From Vicinamibacterales bacterium (lineage in GTDB: Bacteria > Acidobacteriota > Vicinamibacteria > Vicinamibacterales > UBA8438): a stretch of 64,000 bases of DNA. Position numbers and translations under genes: made by a program. The notes beneath the pieces are model-generated. The model was not told the DNA's origin and made no database searches. It worked only from the letters and a program-made list of their open reading frames with translations. Where the stretch lies: assembly GCA_965215105.1 (NCBI GenBank), contig OZ244051.1:5186896-5250895 (forward strand), given 5' to 3'. Shown here piece after piece: positions 18,450-28,066 of this stretch (its first letter is position 1; the number at the start of each line of letters is the position of its first letter).

Positions 18450-19223
18450 ATGCGCACGTTCAAGCTCACCGTGGCCTACGACGGCACCGAGTACGTCGGC
18501 TGGCAGCGGCAGGCGGCCGGGGCCTCGATTCAGGGGTGCCTCGAGACGGTGCTCCGCGACATCGAGGGGGCGCCGGTCTCCGTCGTCGGCGCGGGGCGGA
18601 CGGACGCCGGCGTCCATGCCCTCGGCCAGGTGGCGGGGGTCCGCCTCGAGGCCGGCATCGACCCCGGGGCGCTGGCCCGCGCGTTGAACGCGAGGCTCCC
18701 CGCGGACATCCGCGTGGTCGCGAGCGAGGCGGCCCCCGACACGTTCCACGCGCGCTTCGACGCGGTCGCCAAGTCCTACCGCTATCGTCTCGCCCACGGC
18801 CCGTTCATGAGCCCGTTCCTCCGGCGATACGCCTGGCACGTCCGGGACCGGCTGGATGTCGAGGCCATGGCCGAGGCGGGCCGGATGCTGGTCGGCGAGC
18901 ACGACTTCGCGGCGTTCCAGGCCGCCGGCGGCAGCGTGCGCACCACCGTGCGCACGGTGTTCGGGCTGACGGTGCGTCCGGCGCCGCCCGCCTCGACCGG
19001 CGCGGAGGCGGGCGGCGCGGACACGACCGTCATCGAGGTGCGGGGAAGCGGCTTCCTCCGGCACATGGTCCGCACCATAGCGGGGACCCTCGTCGACGTG
19101 GGCCGGGGCCGGCGGGGCCCGGGGGAGGTCGAGCGGGCCCTGCGGGCCGCGGATCGCGCCGCGGCGGGGCCGACCGCGCCCCCCCGGGGCCTCTTTCTGC
19201 TCCGGGTCGAGTACCCGCGGTGA
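18450..19223 (+). CDS. truA: tRNA pseudouridine(38-40) synthase
   Basis: MRTFKLTVAYDGTEYVGWQRQ and the catalytic GAGRTDAGVHA motif. Confidence 0.93.
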   Translation: MRTFKLTVAYDGTEYVGWQRQAAGASIQGCLETVLRDIEGAPVSVVGAGRTDAGVHALGQVAGVRLEAGIDPGALARALNARLPADIRVVASEAAPDTFHARFDAVAKSYRYRLAHGPFMSPFLRRYAWHVRDRLDVEAMAEAGRMLVGEHDFAAFQAAGGSVRTTVRTVFGLTVRPAPPASTGAEAGGADTTVIEVRGSGFLRHMVRTIAGTLVDVGRGRRGPGEVERALRAADRAAAGPTAPPRGLFLLRVEYPR

Positions 19224-19361
19224 CCACGCCCGGGGCGGTGCCGGCCCCCCGGCTCCCGCCCCGGCCGGGCGGCGCCGCGGCGCCCGCGGCGAACGGGCCG
19301 CCGCATTCGACCGGCGATGCGTCCCGCCGGGCTTCTTCCACCCGCCGGGGCCCGCGTCGGC

Positions 19362-19391
19362 TTGAACGGGGCGCGGGTGGTTCCGTATCAT
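19362..19391 (+). promoter_or_regulatory. candidate promoter for uppS-cdsA-dxr-rseP
   Basis: TTGAAC (19362-19367), 18 bp, TATCAT (19386-19391). Confidence 0.3.
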
Positions 19392-19456
19392 CAGGCGTGG
19401 GCGGTTGCGGCCCGTGGTCCGGCCGGATCGCGCGGCGGCCCCCGAACAGTGCGCGG

Positions 19457-20242
19457 ATGAGTCTCGAAGATCTCCTGACCTGGGCTCCGGCCGGCTCGCG
19501 GGAAGCCTCCCTCGCCCGGGAGGTGGACTTCGACCGCCTGCCGATGCACGTCGCCGTCATCATGGACGGCAACGGCCGGTGGGCGTCCCGCCGGCACCTG
19601 CCCCGCGCCGAGGGCCACCGGGCGGGCATCGACTCGGTCCGCGACGTCGTGGAGGCGTCCGCCCGGCTGGGCATTCGGGTCCTGACCCTCTACGCGTTCT
19701 CGGTCGAGAACTGGAAGCGCCCCCCCGCCGAGGTGTCGGTGCTGATGGGGCTGCTCAAGAAGTACCTGTGGCTCGAGCTCGAGAGGCTCCACGACAACGA
19801 CATCCGCCTGCAGGTCATCGGCTGCGAGGACGGGCTGCCGGCCGACGTCCGGCGCGAGCTCGACGCGGGCCGCGAGCGCACCCGCGGCAACCGCGGCATG
19901 CTGTTCAACATCGCCCTCAACTACGGCGGGCGGGCCGAGATCGTCGAGGCGGCGCGGCGGGCCATCGAGAACGCCGTCCGTCCGTCCGACCTCGACGAGG
20001 GGCGCTTCGCCGAGCTCCTGTACACGGCCGGGCAGCCGGACCCCGATCTGCTCATCCGCACCAGCGGCGAGATGCGCGTCAGCAACTTCCTGCTGTGGCA
20101 GATCGCGTACTCGGAGATCTGGGTCACCGACACGCTGTGGCCCGACTTCCGCGCGCGGCACCTCCTCGAGGCGATCGTCAGCTTCCAGAAGCGCGACCGG
20201 CGCTACGGCGGCATCACCCGGCCGGTGGCGGCCGGCGGGTAG
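19457..20242 (+). CDS. uppS: undecaprenyl diphosphate synthase
   Basis: Start at ATG 19457. HVAVIMDGNGRWA, LTLYAFSVENWKRP, RTSGEMRVSNFLLWQ motifs. Confidence 0.93.
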   Translation: MSLEDLLTWAPAGSREASLAREVDFDRLPMHVAVIMDGNGRWASRRHLPRAEGHRAGIDSVRDVVEASARLGIRVLTLYAFSVENWKRPPAEVSVLMGLLKKYLWLELERLHDNDIRLQVIGCEDGLPADVRRELDAGRERTRGNRGMLFNIALNYGGRAEIVEAARRAIENAVRPSDLDEGRFAELLYTAGQPDPDLLIRTSGEMRVSNFLLWQIAYSEIWVTDTLWPDFRARHLLEAIVSFQKRDRRYGGITRPVAAGG

Positions 20243-20303
20243 AGCGGCAGCCCATGACTTCCTCCGGATCGGACGCGGCAGGTCCGGCGAGAGTGCTCGC
20301 GGG

Positions 20304-21098
20304 ATGAAGCGCGTCCTGAGCGCGCTGACGTTGCTGCCGGTGGTGGTCGGCGTGATCCGGTTCCTGCCGCCGCCGGCCACCGTGGCGCTGGCGACGGTGG
20401 CGGCGTTGCTGGCGCTGCACGAGTACGCCGGGCTCGCCGCCGCCCTCGGCGCCCGGGTGTACCGCGGGGTGGCGGCAGCCGGCGTCGCCGCCACCGTGGC
20501 CGGCGTGGCGTACGGCGCCGCGGCGGCCGTGCTGCTGGCCGCGCTGCTCGCCGTCGGCGCGGCGAGCCTGTCGGCGGGGCGCGGCGACCGGGTGCTCGGC
20601 GACGCCGCCGCGACGGCGTTTCCGTTGCTGTACATCGGCCTGCCGCTGGGGGCGGTCGCGGCCGTGAGCACGTCGGCCGGTCCGGTGGCCGTCCTCTTCC
20701 TGCTCGGGCTGATCGTGGCCAGCGACACCGCGCAGTACTACGGGGGGCGGTGGTTCGGGCGCACGCCGCTGGCCGCCGCCGTCAGTCCCGGCAAGACGGT
20801 CGAGGGGGCCCTGTTCGGGCTCGCCGCGGCGGCCGGGGTGATGGCCGCGGGGGGGGGCTTCGCGCACGGCGCGTTGAGCTTCAGGCCGGCGCTCGGCGCG
20901 CTCCTCGGCGTGATGATCGCCGGCCTGGGTATCGCCGGCGACCTCTTCGAATCGCAGCTCAAGCGCGGGGCGGGCGTCAAGGACGCCTCGGCGCTCATCC
21001 CCGGCCACGGCGGGATGCTCGATCGCATCGACAGCCTGCTGTTCGCCGGGCCGGGCTTCTACCTCATGCTGCAGCTCCTCTGCCGGGTGTACCGGTGA
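20304..21098 (+). CDS. cdsA: phosphatidate cytidylyltransferase
   Basis: 264 aa polytopic protein. C-terminal signature SQLKRGAGVKDASALIPGHGGMLDRIDS. Confidence 0.88.
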   Translation: MKRVLSALTLLPVVVGVIRFLPPPATVALATVAALLALHEYAGLAAALGARVYRGVAAAGVAATVAGVAYGAAAAVLLAALLAVGAASLSAGRGDRVLGDAAATAFPLLYIGLPLGAVAAVSTSAGPVAVLFLLGLIVASDTAQYYGGRWFGRTPLAAAVSPGKTVEGALFGLAAAAGVMAAGGGFAHGALSFRPALGALLGVMIAGLGIAGDLFESQLKRGAGVKDASALIPGHGGMLDRIDSLLFAGPGFYLMLQLLCRVYR

Positions 21099-21240
21099 TG
21101 CACGTCCGCGGCGGCGTCCGGCGCCCGCGCGGGAAGGCCCTCCCGCGGGCGACCGGCGATGCATCCTGCATGACGGCGCGGCTCCCCGGTCGTCCAGGCC
21201 CGACTCGCGCGGTTCGAAGGCAGGCAGGGGAGCAGCACGC

Positions 21241-22428
21241 GTGAGACGAATCGCGATTCTCGGGTCGACCGGCTCCATCGGCGTCAGCGCGCTGTCGGTG
21301 GCGGCGGCCCATCCGGATCGCATCGAGGTCGTCGGCCTCGCGGCCGGCGCCAACGCGGCCCGGCTCGCCAAGCAGGTGGAGCGCCATCGGCCGCGGGTGG
21401 TCTCGACCGCCGCCGACGACGGGCTGACCGCGCTGCGGGCGGCCCTGCCGGCCCCGGCCCGGGCGGGTATCGAGCACGCCGCGAGCGGCGCCGAGGGGCT
21501 GCTCGCCGCGGCCACCCACCCCGCCGTCGACGTCGTGCTCTTCGCGACCACCGGGACGACGGCCCTCGACGCCGTCTTCGCCGCGATCGAGGCGGGCAAG
21601 ACCATCGCCCTCGCCAACAAGGAGGTCCTCGTCATGGCCGGCGGCCTGGTCATGGCGGCGGCGGCCCGGCGCGGGGTCGCGGTGCTGCCGGTCGACAGCG
21701 AGCACAACGCCATCCACCAGTGCCTGCACGGGCGGCCGGCGTCCGACGTCCGGCGGCTGGTCCTGACGGCGTCCGGGGGTCCGTTCCGCGGCTGGAGCGC
21801 CGAGCGCCTCGAGGGCGTCCGGCCCGCCGACGCCCTCGACCACCCGACCTGGCGCATGGGCCGCAAGATCACCGTCGACTCCGCCACCCTGATGAACAAG
21901 GGGCTCGAGGTCATCGAGGCCCGGTGGCTCTTCGACACGCCGGCGGACCGCATCGACGTGGTCGTGCACCCGCAGTCGGTGGTGCACTCGATGGTCGAGC
22001 TCCGCGACGGGTCGGTGATCGCCCAACTGGGGGTCACCGACATGCGCCTGCCCATCCAGTACGCGTTCTCGTGGCCCGACCGGTGGGACAGCGGGTTGCC
22101 GCCGCTCGATCTCGCCGCCTGCGGCCGGCTCGAGTTCGCCCCCCCCGACCTCGACCGCTTCCCGTGCCTGGGCCTGGCCTACCGGGCGCTGCGCGGCGGG
22201 CCGGCCCTGCCGGTGGCCCTCAACGCCGCGAACGAGGTCGCGGTCGAGGCGTTCCTGGCGGGACGGCTCGCGTTCACCGCGATCCCCCGCGTCATCGCGG
22301 GGGCCCTCGACGACGCGGAGGAATCGGCGCCGCCGGACCCCATGACCCTCGACGACGTGCGGGCCGCCCACGCCCGCGCCACCCGGTATTCCCGCCGCCG
22401 CACCGGCGAGTTACAATCGAGACGATGA
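21241..22428 (+). CDS. dxr: 1-deoxy-D-xylulose-5-phosphate reductoisomerase
   Basis: GTG start. ILGSTGSIGVS, LANKE, DSEHNAIHQC, LTASGGPF motifs. Confidence 0.95.
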   Translation: MRRIAILGSTGSIGVSALSVAAAHPDRIEVVGLAAGANAARLAKQVERHRPRVVSTAADDGLTALRAALPAPARAGIEHAASGAEGLLAAATHPAVDVVLFATTGTTALDAVFAAIEAGKTIALANKEVLVMAGGLVMAAAARRGVAVLPVDSEHNAIHQCLHGRPASDVRRLVLTASGGPFRGWSAERLEGVRPADALDHPTWRMGRKITVDSATLMNKGLEVIEARWLFDTPADRIDVVVHPQSVVHSMVELRDGSVIAQLGVTDMRLPIQYAFSWPDRWDSGLPPLDLAACGRLEFAPPDLDRFPCLGLAYRALRGGPALPVALNAANEVAVEAFLAGRLAFTAIPRVIAGALDDAEESAPPDPMTLDDVRAAHARATRYSRRRTGELQSRR

Positions 22429-23744
22429 CCACCCTCCTCGCCTTCCTGTTCGTCCTCGGGGTGCTCGTGTTCGTGCACGAGCTGGGGCACTTCCTCGTCG
22501 CCCGGCACCACGGCGTGCGCGTCCTGACGTTCTCGCTCGGCTTCGGGCCGAAGATCCTGCAGACGAAGCGGGGCGACACGGTCTACTGCGTCAGCGCGAT
22601 CCCGCTCGGCGGCTACGTGAAGATGGCCGGCGAGACGGTGGAGGACAAGCGCGAGGGGCGGCCCGACGAGTTCCTGTCCAAGACGAAGTGGCAGCGCTTC
22701 CAGGTCCTGATCGCCGGGCCCGCGATGAACGTCGTGCTCGCGGTGGTGGTCATGACCGTCGTGCTCCTGCAGGGGGCCCAGGTCCCCCTCTTCGAGGAGG
22801 GGCCGCCGGTCATCGGGTCGGTGGCCGAGGACTCCGCGGCGGAAGAGGCCGGCATTCTCCCCGGCGACCGCATCCTGACCGTGGCGGGGCGGCCGGTCGA
22901 CACGTGGGAAGAGCTGATGCTCGCGGTCGTGGAGCGCCCGGACCGCGAGGTCGAGGTGTCGCTGCGGCGCGGCGGCGAGGTCCGTGCGCTGCGCGTGACG
23001 CCGGTCGGCCAGGGAAGGTACAACCTGGGCGATCTCGGTGTCGGGCCCGAGTTCTCGCCCCAGGTGATCGCGTGGTCGCCGCAGGCCACCGCCGCCCGCG
23101 ACGCCGGCATCGAGATCGGCGACGCGATCCTGGCCGTCGATGGCCGGAGCGTCACGCAGCGGTCGTTGATCGAAGCGATCAACGCCAGCGCCGGCGCGCC
23201 GCTGACGTTCCGGGTCCGGCGCGGGGGCGTCACGCGGGAGGTCGCCGTCGCCCCCGAGCGGGTCGGCGATGCCTGGATGATCGGCATCAGCTTCAGCCCG
23301 TACGAGGTGCGCATCGTCGAGCCGGGGCTGTTCGAGGCGTTCGCGCTCAGCGTCGAGCAGAACCTCGAATGGTCGCAGCTCATCTTCCGGACCCTGTGGG
23401 GGCTGCTGACGCGGGAGACCCCGGCGTCGCAGCTCGTGGGGCCGGTGGGCATCGCCCAGTTGTCCGGCGACGCGGCCCAGGTCGGATGGGTGACGCTGTT
23501 CCGGCTGATGGCGATGATCAGCCTCAACCTGGGCATCCTCAACCTCCTGCCGATCCCGATCCTCGATGGCGGCCACATCACCGTCCTCGCGATGGAGGGC
23601 ATCGCCCGCCGGGACTTCAGCGTGCGGCTGAAGGAACGGATGCTCCTCGCGGGGTTCGTGGTTCTCATGACCCTGATGGTGACGGTGATTTACAACGATC
23701 TGACGCGCGTCGCGTGGATCGAACGCCTGATGATCTGGCGCTAG
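22425..23744 (+). CDS. rseP: RIP site-2 metalloprotease
   Basis: ATG 22425 overlaps the dxr stop. HELGHFLVAR zinc motif, PDZ region, C-terminal NLLPIPILDGG. Confidence 0.9.
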   Translation: MTTLLAFLFVLGVLVFVHELGHFLVARHHGVRVLTFSLGFGPKILQTKRGDTVYCVSAIPLGGYVKMAGETVEDKREGRPDEFLSKTKWQRFQVLIAGPAMNVVLAVVVMTVVLLQGAQVPLFEEGPPVIGSVAEDSAAEEAGILPGDRILTVAGRPVDTWEELMLAVVERPDREVEVSLRRGGEVRALRVTPVGQGRYNLGDLGVGPEFSPQVIAWSPQATAARDAGIEIGDAILAVDGRSVTQRSLIEAINASAGAPLTFRVRRGGVTREVAVAPERVGDAWMIGISFSPYEVRIVEPGLFEAFALSVEQNLEWSQLIFRTLWGLLTRETPASQLVGPVGIAQLSGDAAQVGWVTLFRLMAMISLNLGILNLLPIPILDGGHITVLAMEGIARRDFSVRLKERMLLAGFVVLMTLMVTVIYNDLTRVAWIERLMIWR

Positions 23745-23769
23745 GAGTCTGCGCCGCAGAACGGTGCAG
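23743..23769 (+). repeat. truncated left half of the 83-bp repeat hairpin, overlapping the rseP stop codon
   Basis: aggagtctgcgccgcagaacggtgcag matches the hairpin arm and loop of the family and then diverges. Confidence 0.5.
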
Positions 23770-23907
23770 CGGCCCCCCGGGTCGCGTCGAGGGTCTCGCC
23801 GGCGCGAAGCTCCTTCGACACGAATCCGCGGACCGCCTTGCCGTCGCGGCGAGGTTCACCCGCGACGAGCCCCGGCAGACCTTCTTCCTGGACGGCCACT
23901 GGTCCCC

Positions 23908-25344
23908 TTGCGGTCCCGCCCCTCCACCAGCCAACCTCCCCTGCGGGCGCTCCGCCGCGAGCTGCCGCCGACGATGCGCCTCGCGGGGCCGATCGTGGGG
24001 GCCGAGCTCGGCTGGATCGCGATGGGCCTCGTGGACATCGCGATGGTGGGCCGGCTGGGCCCGGCCGAGATCGGGGCGGTGGGCGTGGGCAGCGTCCTCT
24101 GCTTCGCGGTGGTGGTGTTCGGCATCGGCATGCTGCTGGGGCTCGATCCCCTGGTGGCGCGGGCCCACGGCCGGGGGCGCCCCGACGAGTGCCGGCGGTG
24201 GCTCGTCCAGGGGACGGCCCTCGCGGGGCTGCTGGCGGTGCCCCTGACCCTCGTGGCGGGGGCGGTGGCCGCAAGCCTCGGCGCCTGGGGCATGGACCCC
24301 GCGGTCCGGCGGCTCGCCGCGCCGTACTTCACGATCGTGCTGCTGAGCGTCCTGCCCCTGCTGCTCTACACCGCGTTCCGCCGCTACCTGCAGGCGGTCG
24401 GGCTCGCCGCCCGGGTGACGGCGGCCCTGGTCAGCGCCAACGCCATCAACGCCGCCGCCAACCAGGTGCTCATCTTCGGCCATCTCGGCCTGCCCGCCCT
24501 CGGGGTCGACGGCGCGGCGTGGGCGACGGTCGTCTCGCGGGTCTACCTGGCGCTGTTCCTCGGGGCCGCGATCTGGCGCCACGAGCGCCGCGCCGCCCGC
24601 CCGTGGCCGCGCCCGGAACGCCGCCGCATTCGCCGCCTCGCCGTGCTCGGGCTGCCGGCGGCGGGGCAGGTGAGCCTGGAGTTCGGGGTGTTCGCGGTCG
24701 TCACCGCCCTCGCGGGGCGGCTCGAGGCGGCGACCCTGGCCGCGCACCAGATCGTGCTCAACGTCGCCAGCGTGACGTTCATGGTGCCGCAGGGCGTCGG
24801 CGGGGCCGGGGCGGTCCGCGTGGGACACGCCGTGGGCCGGCGCGATCCGGCCGGCGCCCGGCGGGCGGGGTGGGCCGCCCTCGCCCTCGGGGCCGCGTTC
24901 ATGAGCGCCGCCGCCCTGCTCTTCGTGCTGGCCCCGCATCCGATCCTGCGGCTCTTCACCGCCGACCCCGCCGTGACCCGCGCCGGCGTCGCGCTCCTGC
25001 TCGTGGCCGCGTTCTTCCAGCTCTTCGACGGGCTGCAGGCGGTGGCCACCGGGGTGCTCCGGGGGGTGGGCGACACCCGCACCCCCATGGTGTGCAACCT
25101 CGCCGGTCACTGGCTCGTGGGCCTGCCGGTCGGCTACTGGCTCTGCTTCGTCGCGGGCTGGGGCATCGTGGGCCTGTGGGTGGGGCTGTCGATCGGCCTC
25201 ACGCTCGTCGGCGCGGCGCTCGTGGCGGCGTGGTGGCGCCGCACCCGGCCGGGGCGCCCCGCGCTCAGAGCACCCGGTCGCGAATCGCGCGGGCCAGCCC
25301 CGCCTCGTCGTGCCCGTCCGTCAGCGGCCAACCGCAACGCTTGA
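23908..25344 (+). CDS. MATE family efflux transporter (start uncertain)
   Basis: RELPPTMRLAGPIVGAELGWIAMGLVDIAMVGRLG is a typical MATE N-terminus, with 12-TM-like hydrophobic pattern. Candidate starts: TTG 23908 or ATG 23974. The last ~80 nt overlap the convergent HAD gene. Confidence 0.8.
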   Translation: MRSRPSTSQPPLRALRRELPPTMRLAGPIVGAELGWIAMGLVDIAMVGRLGPAEIGAVGVGSVLCFAVVVFGIGMLLGLDPLVARAHGRGRPDECRRWLVQGTALAGLLAVPLTLVAGAVAASLGAWGMDPAVRRLAAPYFTIVLLSVLPLLLYTAFRRYLQAVGLAARVTAALVSANAINAAANQVLIFGHLGLPALGVDGAAWATVVSRVYLALFLGAAIWRHERRAARPWPRPERRRIRRLAVLGLPAAGQVSLEFGVFAVVTALAGRLEAATLAAHQIVLNVASVTFMVPQGVGGAGAVRVGHAVGRRDPAGARRAGWAALALGAAFMSAAALLFVLAPHPILRLFTADPAVTRAGVALLLVAAFFQLFDGLQAVATGVLRGVGDTRTPMVCNLAGHWLVGLPVGYWLCFVAGWGIVGLWVGLSIGLTLVGAALVAAWWRRTRPGRPALRAPGRESRGPAPPRRARPSAANRNA

Positions 25345-26107
25345 GCTCGGCCACCGCGTTGCCCATGACCACGGGGTGCCCGGCCAGCGCCAGCATGTCG
25401 AGGTCGTTGAGGTTGTCGCCGACGGCCATGATGCCGGCCCGCGGGACCCGGCGCCGGGCCGCCCAGTCCCCGAGGGCGGCGCCCTTGGAGCAGCCCTCGG
25501 CGGTGACGTCGAGGAGGGAGAAGTCGCGCTGCTCGTACTCGGTCAGGGTGACGGTGAGGGTGCGCGCGCACGGCAGCCCGCGCACCCGGCCCGCGAGGAC
25601 GCGCATGTCGGCGACCCCGCCGGTGAACGCGACCTGGACCGGGTCGGCGTCGAGCGCCGTCTCGAGCGGCTCGACCCTGGTCATGTAGACGCGGTTGCGG
25701 TCGTAGTAGCGCTGCCGCTGCGGATGCGACCAGTCGATGCGCTCGTAGGCGTACTGCCGGGCGTCGGCCCGGTCGAAGATCAGCGCGGCGCCCTCGCGGA
25801 AGGACCGGGTGTCGACGATGAGCCCGCGGGCGAGGTCCCGCGGCACGGGGCGGAGGGCCAGCGTGTCCCCGTCCCGCGTCTTGACGAGGGCGCCGTTGTT
25901 GACGATCAGGGTCACGGGGGCGTCCAGCCGCTCGGCGACCGGGCGGGCGTGGTGGAAGGCGCGTCCGGTGGCCAGCACGACGTCGATGCCGCGGGCCGCC
26001 GCGGCCCGGACGGCCTGCCGGTTCGCATCGGGCAGGCGGCTGGCGCTGTCGAGCAGCGTGCCGTCGATGTCGACGGCGATGAGCCGAATCGGTTCGGGCC
26101 CCGGCAT
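25265..26107 (-). CDS. Cof-type HAD-IIB phosphatase
   Basis: ATG 26107. IAVDIDGTLLD (DxDGT), VLATGR, AVGDNLNDLDML motifs. Start overlaps the ispG stop by 1 nt. Confidence 0.85.
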   Translation of the reverse strand: MPGPEPIRLIAVDIDGTLLDSASRLPDANRQAVRAAAARGIDVVLATGRAFHHARPVAERLDAPVTLIVNNGALVKTRDGDTLALRPVPRDLARGLIVDTRSFREGAALIFDRADARQYAYERIDWSHPQRQRYYDRNRVYMTRVEPLETALDADPVQVAFTGGVADMRVLAGRVRGLPCARTLTVTLTEYEQRDFSLLDVTAEGCSKGAALGDWAARRRVPRAGIMAVGDNLNDLDMLALAGHPVVMGNAVAELKRCGWPLTDGHDEAGLARAIRDRVL

Positions 26108-27342
26108 CAGCCCGCCGGCTTCTCCGTGTAGCGCCGCGCCACGTAGTCGTCGACGAGCCGGCGGAACGCCTCGGCGAGCTCGTCGTACGAGCCGCGCAGG
26201 GTCGTGGCGTGGCGTCCGTCGACGTAGACCGGGCAGGTGGGCTCCTCGCCGGTGCCGGGCAGGCTGATGCCGATGTTCGCGGCCTTCGACTCGCCGGGGC
26301 CGTTCACGACGCAGCCCATCACCGCGACGCGCATCTCCTCGACCCCCGCGTGGCGGGTCTTCCACACCGGCATCATGTCGCGCACGTACTGCTGAATCCG
26401 CTCGGCCAGCTCCTGGAACGTCGTGCTCGTGGTGCGGCCGCAGCCGGGGCAGGCGGTGATGCTCGGCGCGAACGATCGCAGCCCCAGCGACTGCAGCAGC
26501 TCGCACGCCGCGTAGACCTCCTCGCGCCGGTCGCCGCCCGGACGCGGGGTCAGCGAGACGCGGACGGTGTCGCCGATGCCCGCCGCGAGGAGGACCCCCA
26601 TCGCCGCCGCCGACCATATCTGCCCCTTCATGCCCATGCCCGCCTCGGTCAGGCCGAGGTGCAGGGGCTGGGTGGTCTCGGCCGCGAGGCGCCGGTAGAT
26701 CGAGATGAGGTCGGGGGGCGACGACACCTTGCAGGAGATGACGATCCGGTCGGCCCCGAGCCCCGCGTCGATGGCGAGCGCGGTCGACTCCACCGCCGAG
26801 ATGACCATGCAGTCGTTGATGATCTCCTCCGAGGTGCGGCCGAGCTGCCGGTCGGTGTTCTCCTGCATCTTCGCCATCACCAGGTCCTGGTCGAGCGACC
26901 CGCCGTTGACGCCGATGCGCACCGGCTTCCCGTTGTCGCGGGCGATCCGGCAGATCGTGGCGAAGTGGTCGTCCCGCCGCGCCCCGGTGCCGACGTTGCC
27001 GGGGTTGATGCGGTACTTGTCGAGGTCCCGGGCGCACGCCGGATGCCGCGAGAGCAGGAGGTGGCCGTTGTAGTGGAAGTCGCCGATGAGGGGCGCGCGG
27101 CAGCCCGCGTCGAGCATCCGACGCCTGATCTCGGGGACCGCCGCCGCCGCCGCCGGGGTGTTCACGGTGACCCGCACCAGCTCCGACCCCGCCTCGGCCA
27201 GCTCGACGCACTGCGCGGCCGTCGCCGCCGCGTCGGCGGTGTCGGTGATCGTCATCGACTGGACGGCGATCGGGGCGCCGCCGCCGATCTGGACGTCGCC
27301 GACGCGGACGCCGGTGGTGCGGTGCAGTCTCACGGTGTTCAT
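26107..27342 (-). CDS. ispG: 4-hydroxy-3-methylbut-2-en-1-yl diphosphate synthase
   Basis: GGGAPIAVQSMT, RINPGNVG, and C-terminal ITACPGCGRT...GCVVNGPGE cluster cysteines. Confidence 0.95.
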   Translation of the reverse strand: MNTVRLHRTTGVRVGDVQIGGGAPIAVQSMTITDTADAAATAAQCVELAEAGSELVRVTVNTPAAAAAVPEIRRRMLDAGCRAPLIGDFHYNGHLLLSRHPACARDLDKYRINPGNVGTGARRDDHFATICRIARDNGKPVRIGVNGGSLDQDLVMAKMQENTDRQLGRTSEEIINDCMVISAVESTALAIDAGLGADRIVISCKVSSPPDLISIYRRLAAETTQPLHLGLTEAGMGMKGQIWSAAAMGVLLAAGIGDTVRVSLTPRPGGDRREEVYAACELLQSLGLRSFAPSITACPGCGRTTSTTFQELAERIQQYVRDMMPVWKTRHAGVEEMRVAVMGCVVNGPGESKAANIGISLPGTGEEPTCPVYVDGRHATTLRGSYDELAEAFRRLVDDYVARRYTEKPAG

Positions 27343-27650
27343 GGTCCGACCGGTTCGTACCGCTCTACGCTGATCTCGCCTGCCCGGGCGCGCATGTCCG
27401 TGGCATCATGCCAGGCCTGCATCCGAAGCAGCATGTCCATGCTCACGCCGAAGGCCTTCTCGATGCGCAGGGCCATTTCAGGGGAAAGCGAAGAGTTGCC
27501 GTTCAACAGCGACGACAGTGTCGCCCTCCGGACCCCCAGAACGTCAGCGGCCCTGGTCACGTTGAGGCCCAACCCCTCGATGACCTCGGTGCGGATGAAG
27601 TCGCCCGGATGAGAAGGCGTCATGTTCACCCGGATGTTCTTGACAGCCAT
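27339..27650 (-). CDS. higA: HigA-family antitoxin (XRE-type HTH)
   Basis: 103 aa from ATG 27650. HPGDFIRTEVIEGLGLNVTRAADVLGVRRATLSSLLNG...ALRIEKAFG. Stop overlaps the ispG ATG (ATGA). Confidence 0.88.
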   Translation of the reverse strand: MAVKNIRVNMTPSHPGDFIRTEVIEGLGLNVTRAADVLGVRRATLSSLLNGNSSLSPEMALRIEKAFGVSMDMLLRMQAWHDATDMRARAGEISVERYEPVGP

Positions 27651-27940
27651 CAGTGGTAGTCCTGCAGGTGCAAACGTTCGATGAAGCCGTCTTCTTCCTT
27701 GAACGTGATTCGCCAGTTGCGCGAAACCGACACGCTCCACTCCCTCCGGCGGTCCCCGGAGAGCCGATGTACGCGCCATCCGCTCGGTGCATTGGCGACG
27801 AAGTCGCCGATGTCATCCGCCAGGAGCAGCACCGTCAAGACCCTGCGCACGCGGTCTGCCGATTCCGGCGGCAGAAATCGATCGGTGTCGTCCTCGAGCA
27901 GGCGCCGCAGTCCCCGGTGACGAACCGAACGAACGACCAT
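27650..27940 (-). CDS. higB: HigB-type toxin (RelE/ParE superfamily, plasmid maintenance system killer)
   Basis: 96 aa. HRLSGDRRREWSVSVSRNWRITFKEEDGFIERLHLQDYH is the family C-terminus. TGATG overlap with higA. Confidence 0.88.
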   Translation of the reverse strand: MVVRSVRHRGLRRLLEDDTDRFLPPESADRVRRVLTVLLLADDIGDFVANAPSGWRVHRLSGDRRREWSVSVSRNWRITFKEEDGFIERLHLQDYH

Positions 27941-28066
27941 CTACCATGTGTACGCTAATGCCGATCGGTTCGCCAGGGCAAGTCGAACCGGCGTCCGCGG
28001 GGAAGATGGGGGTTTCGCGCCGGCCGGCGGAGAGTCATCTGCCCGGCGACCGGGCTTGCCTCGCGA

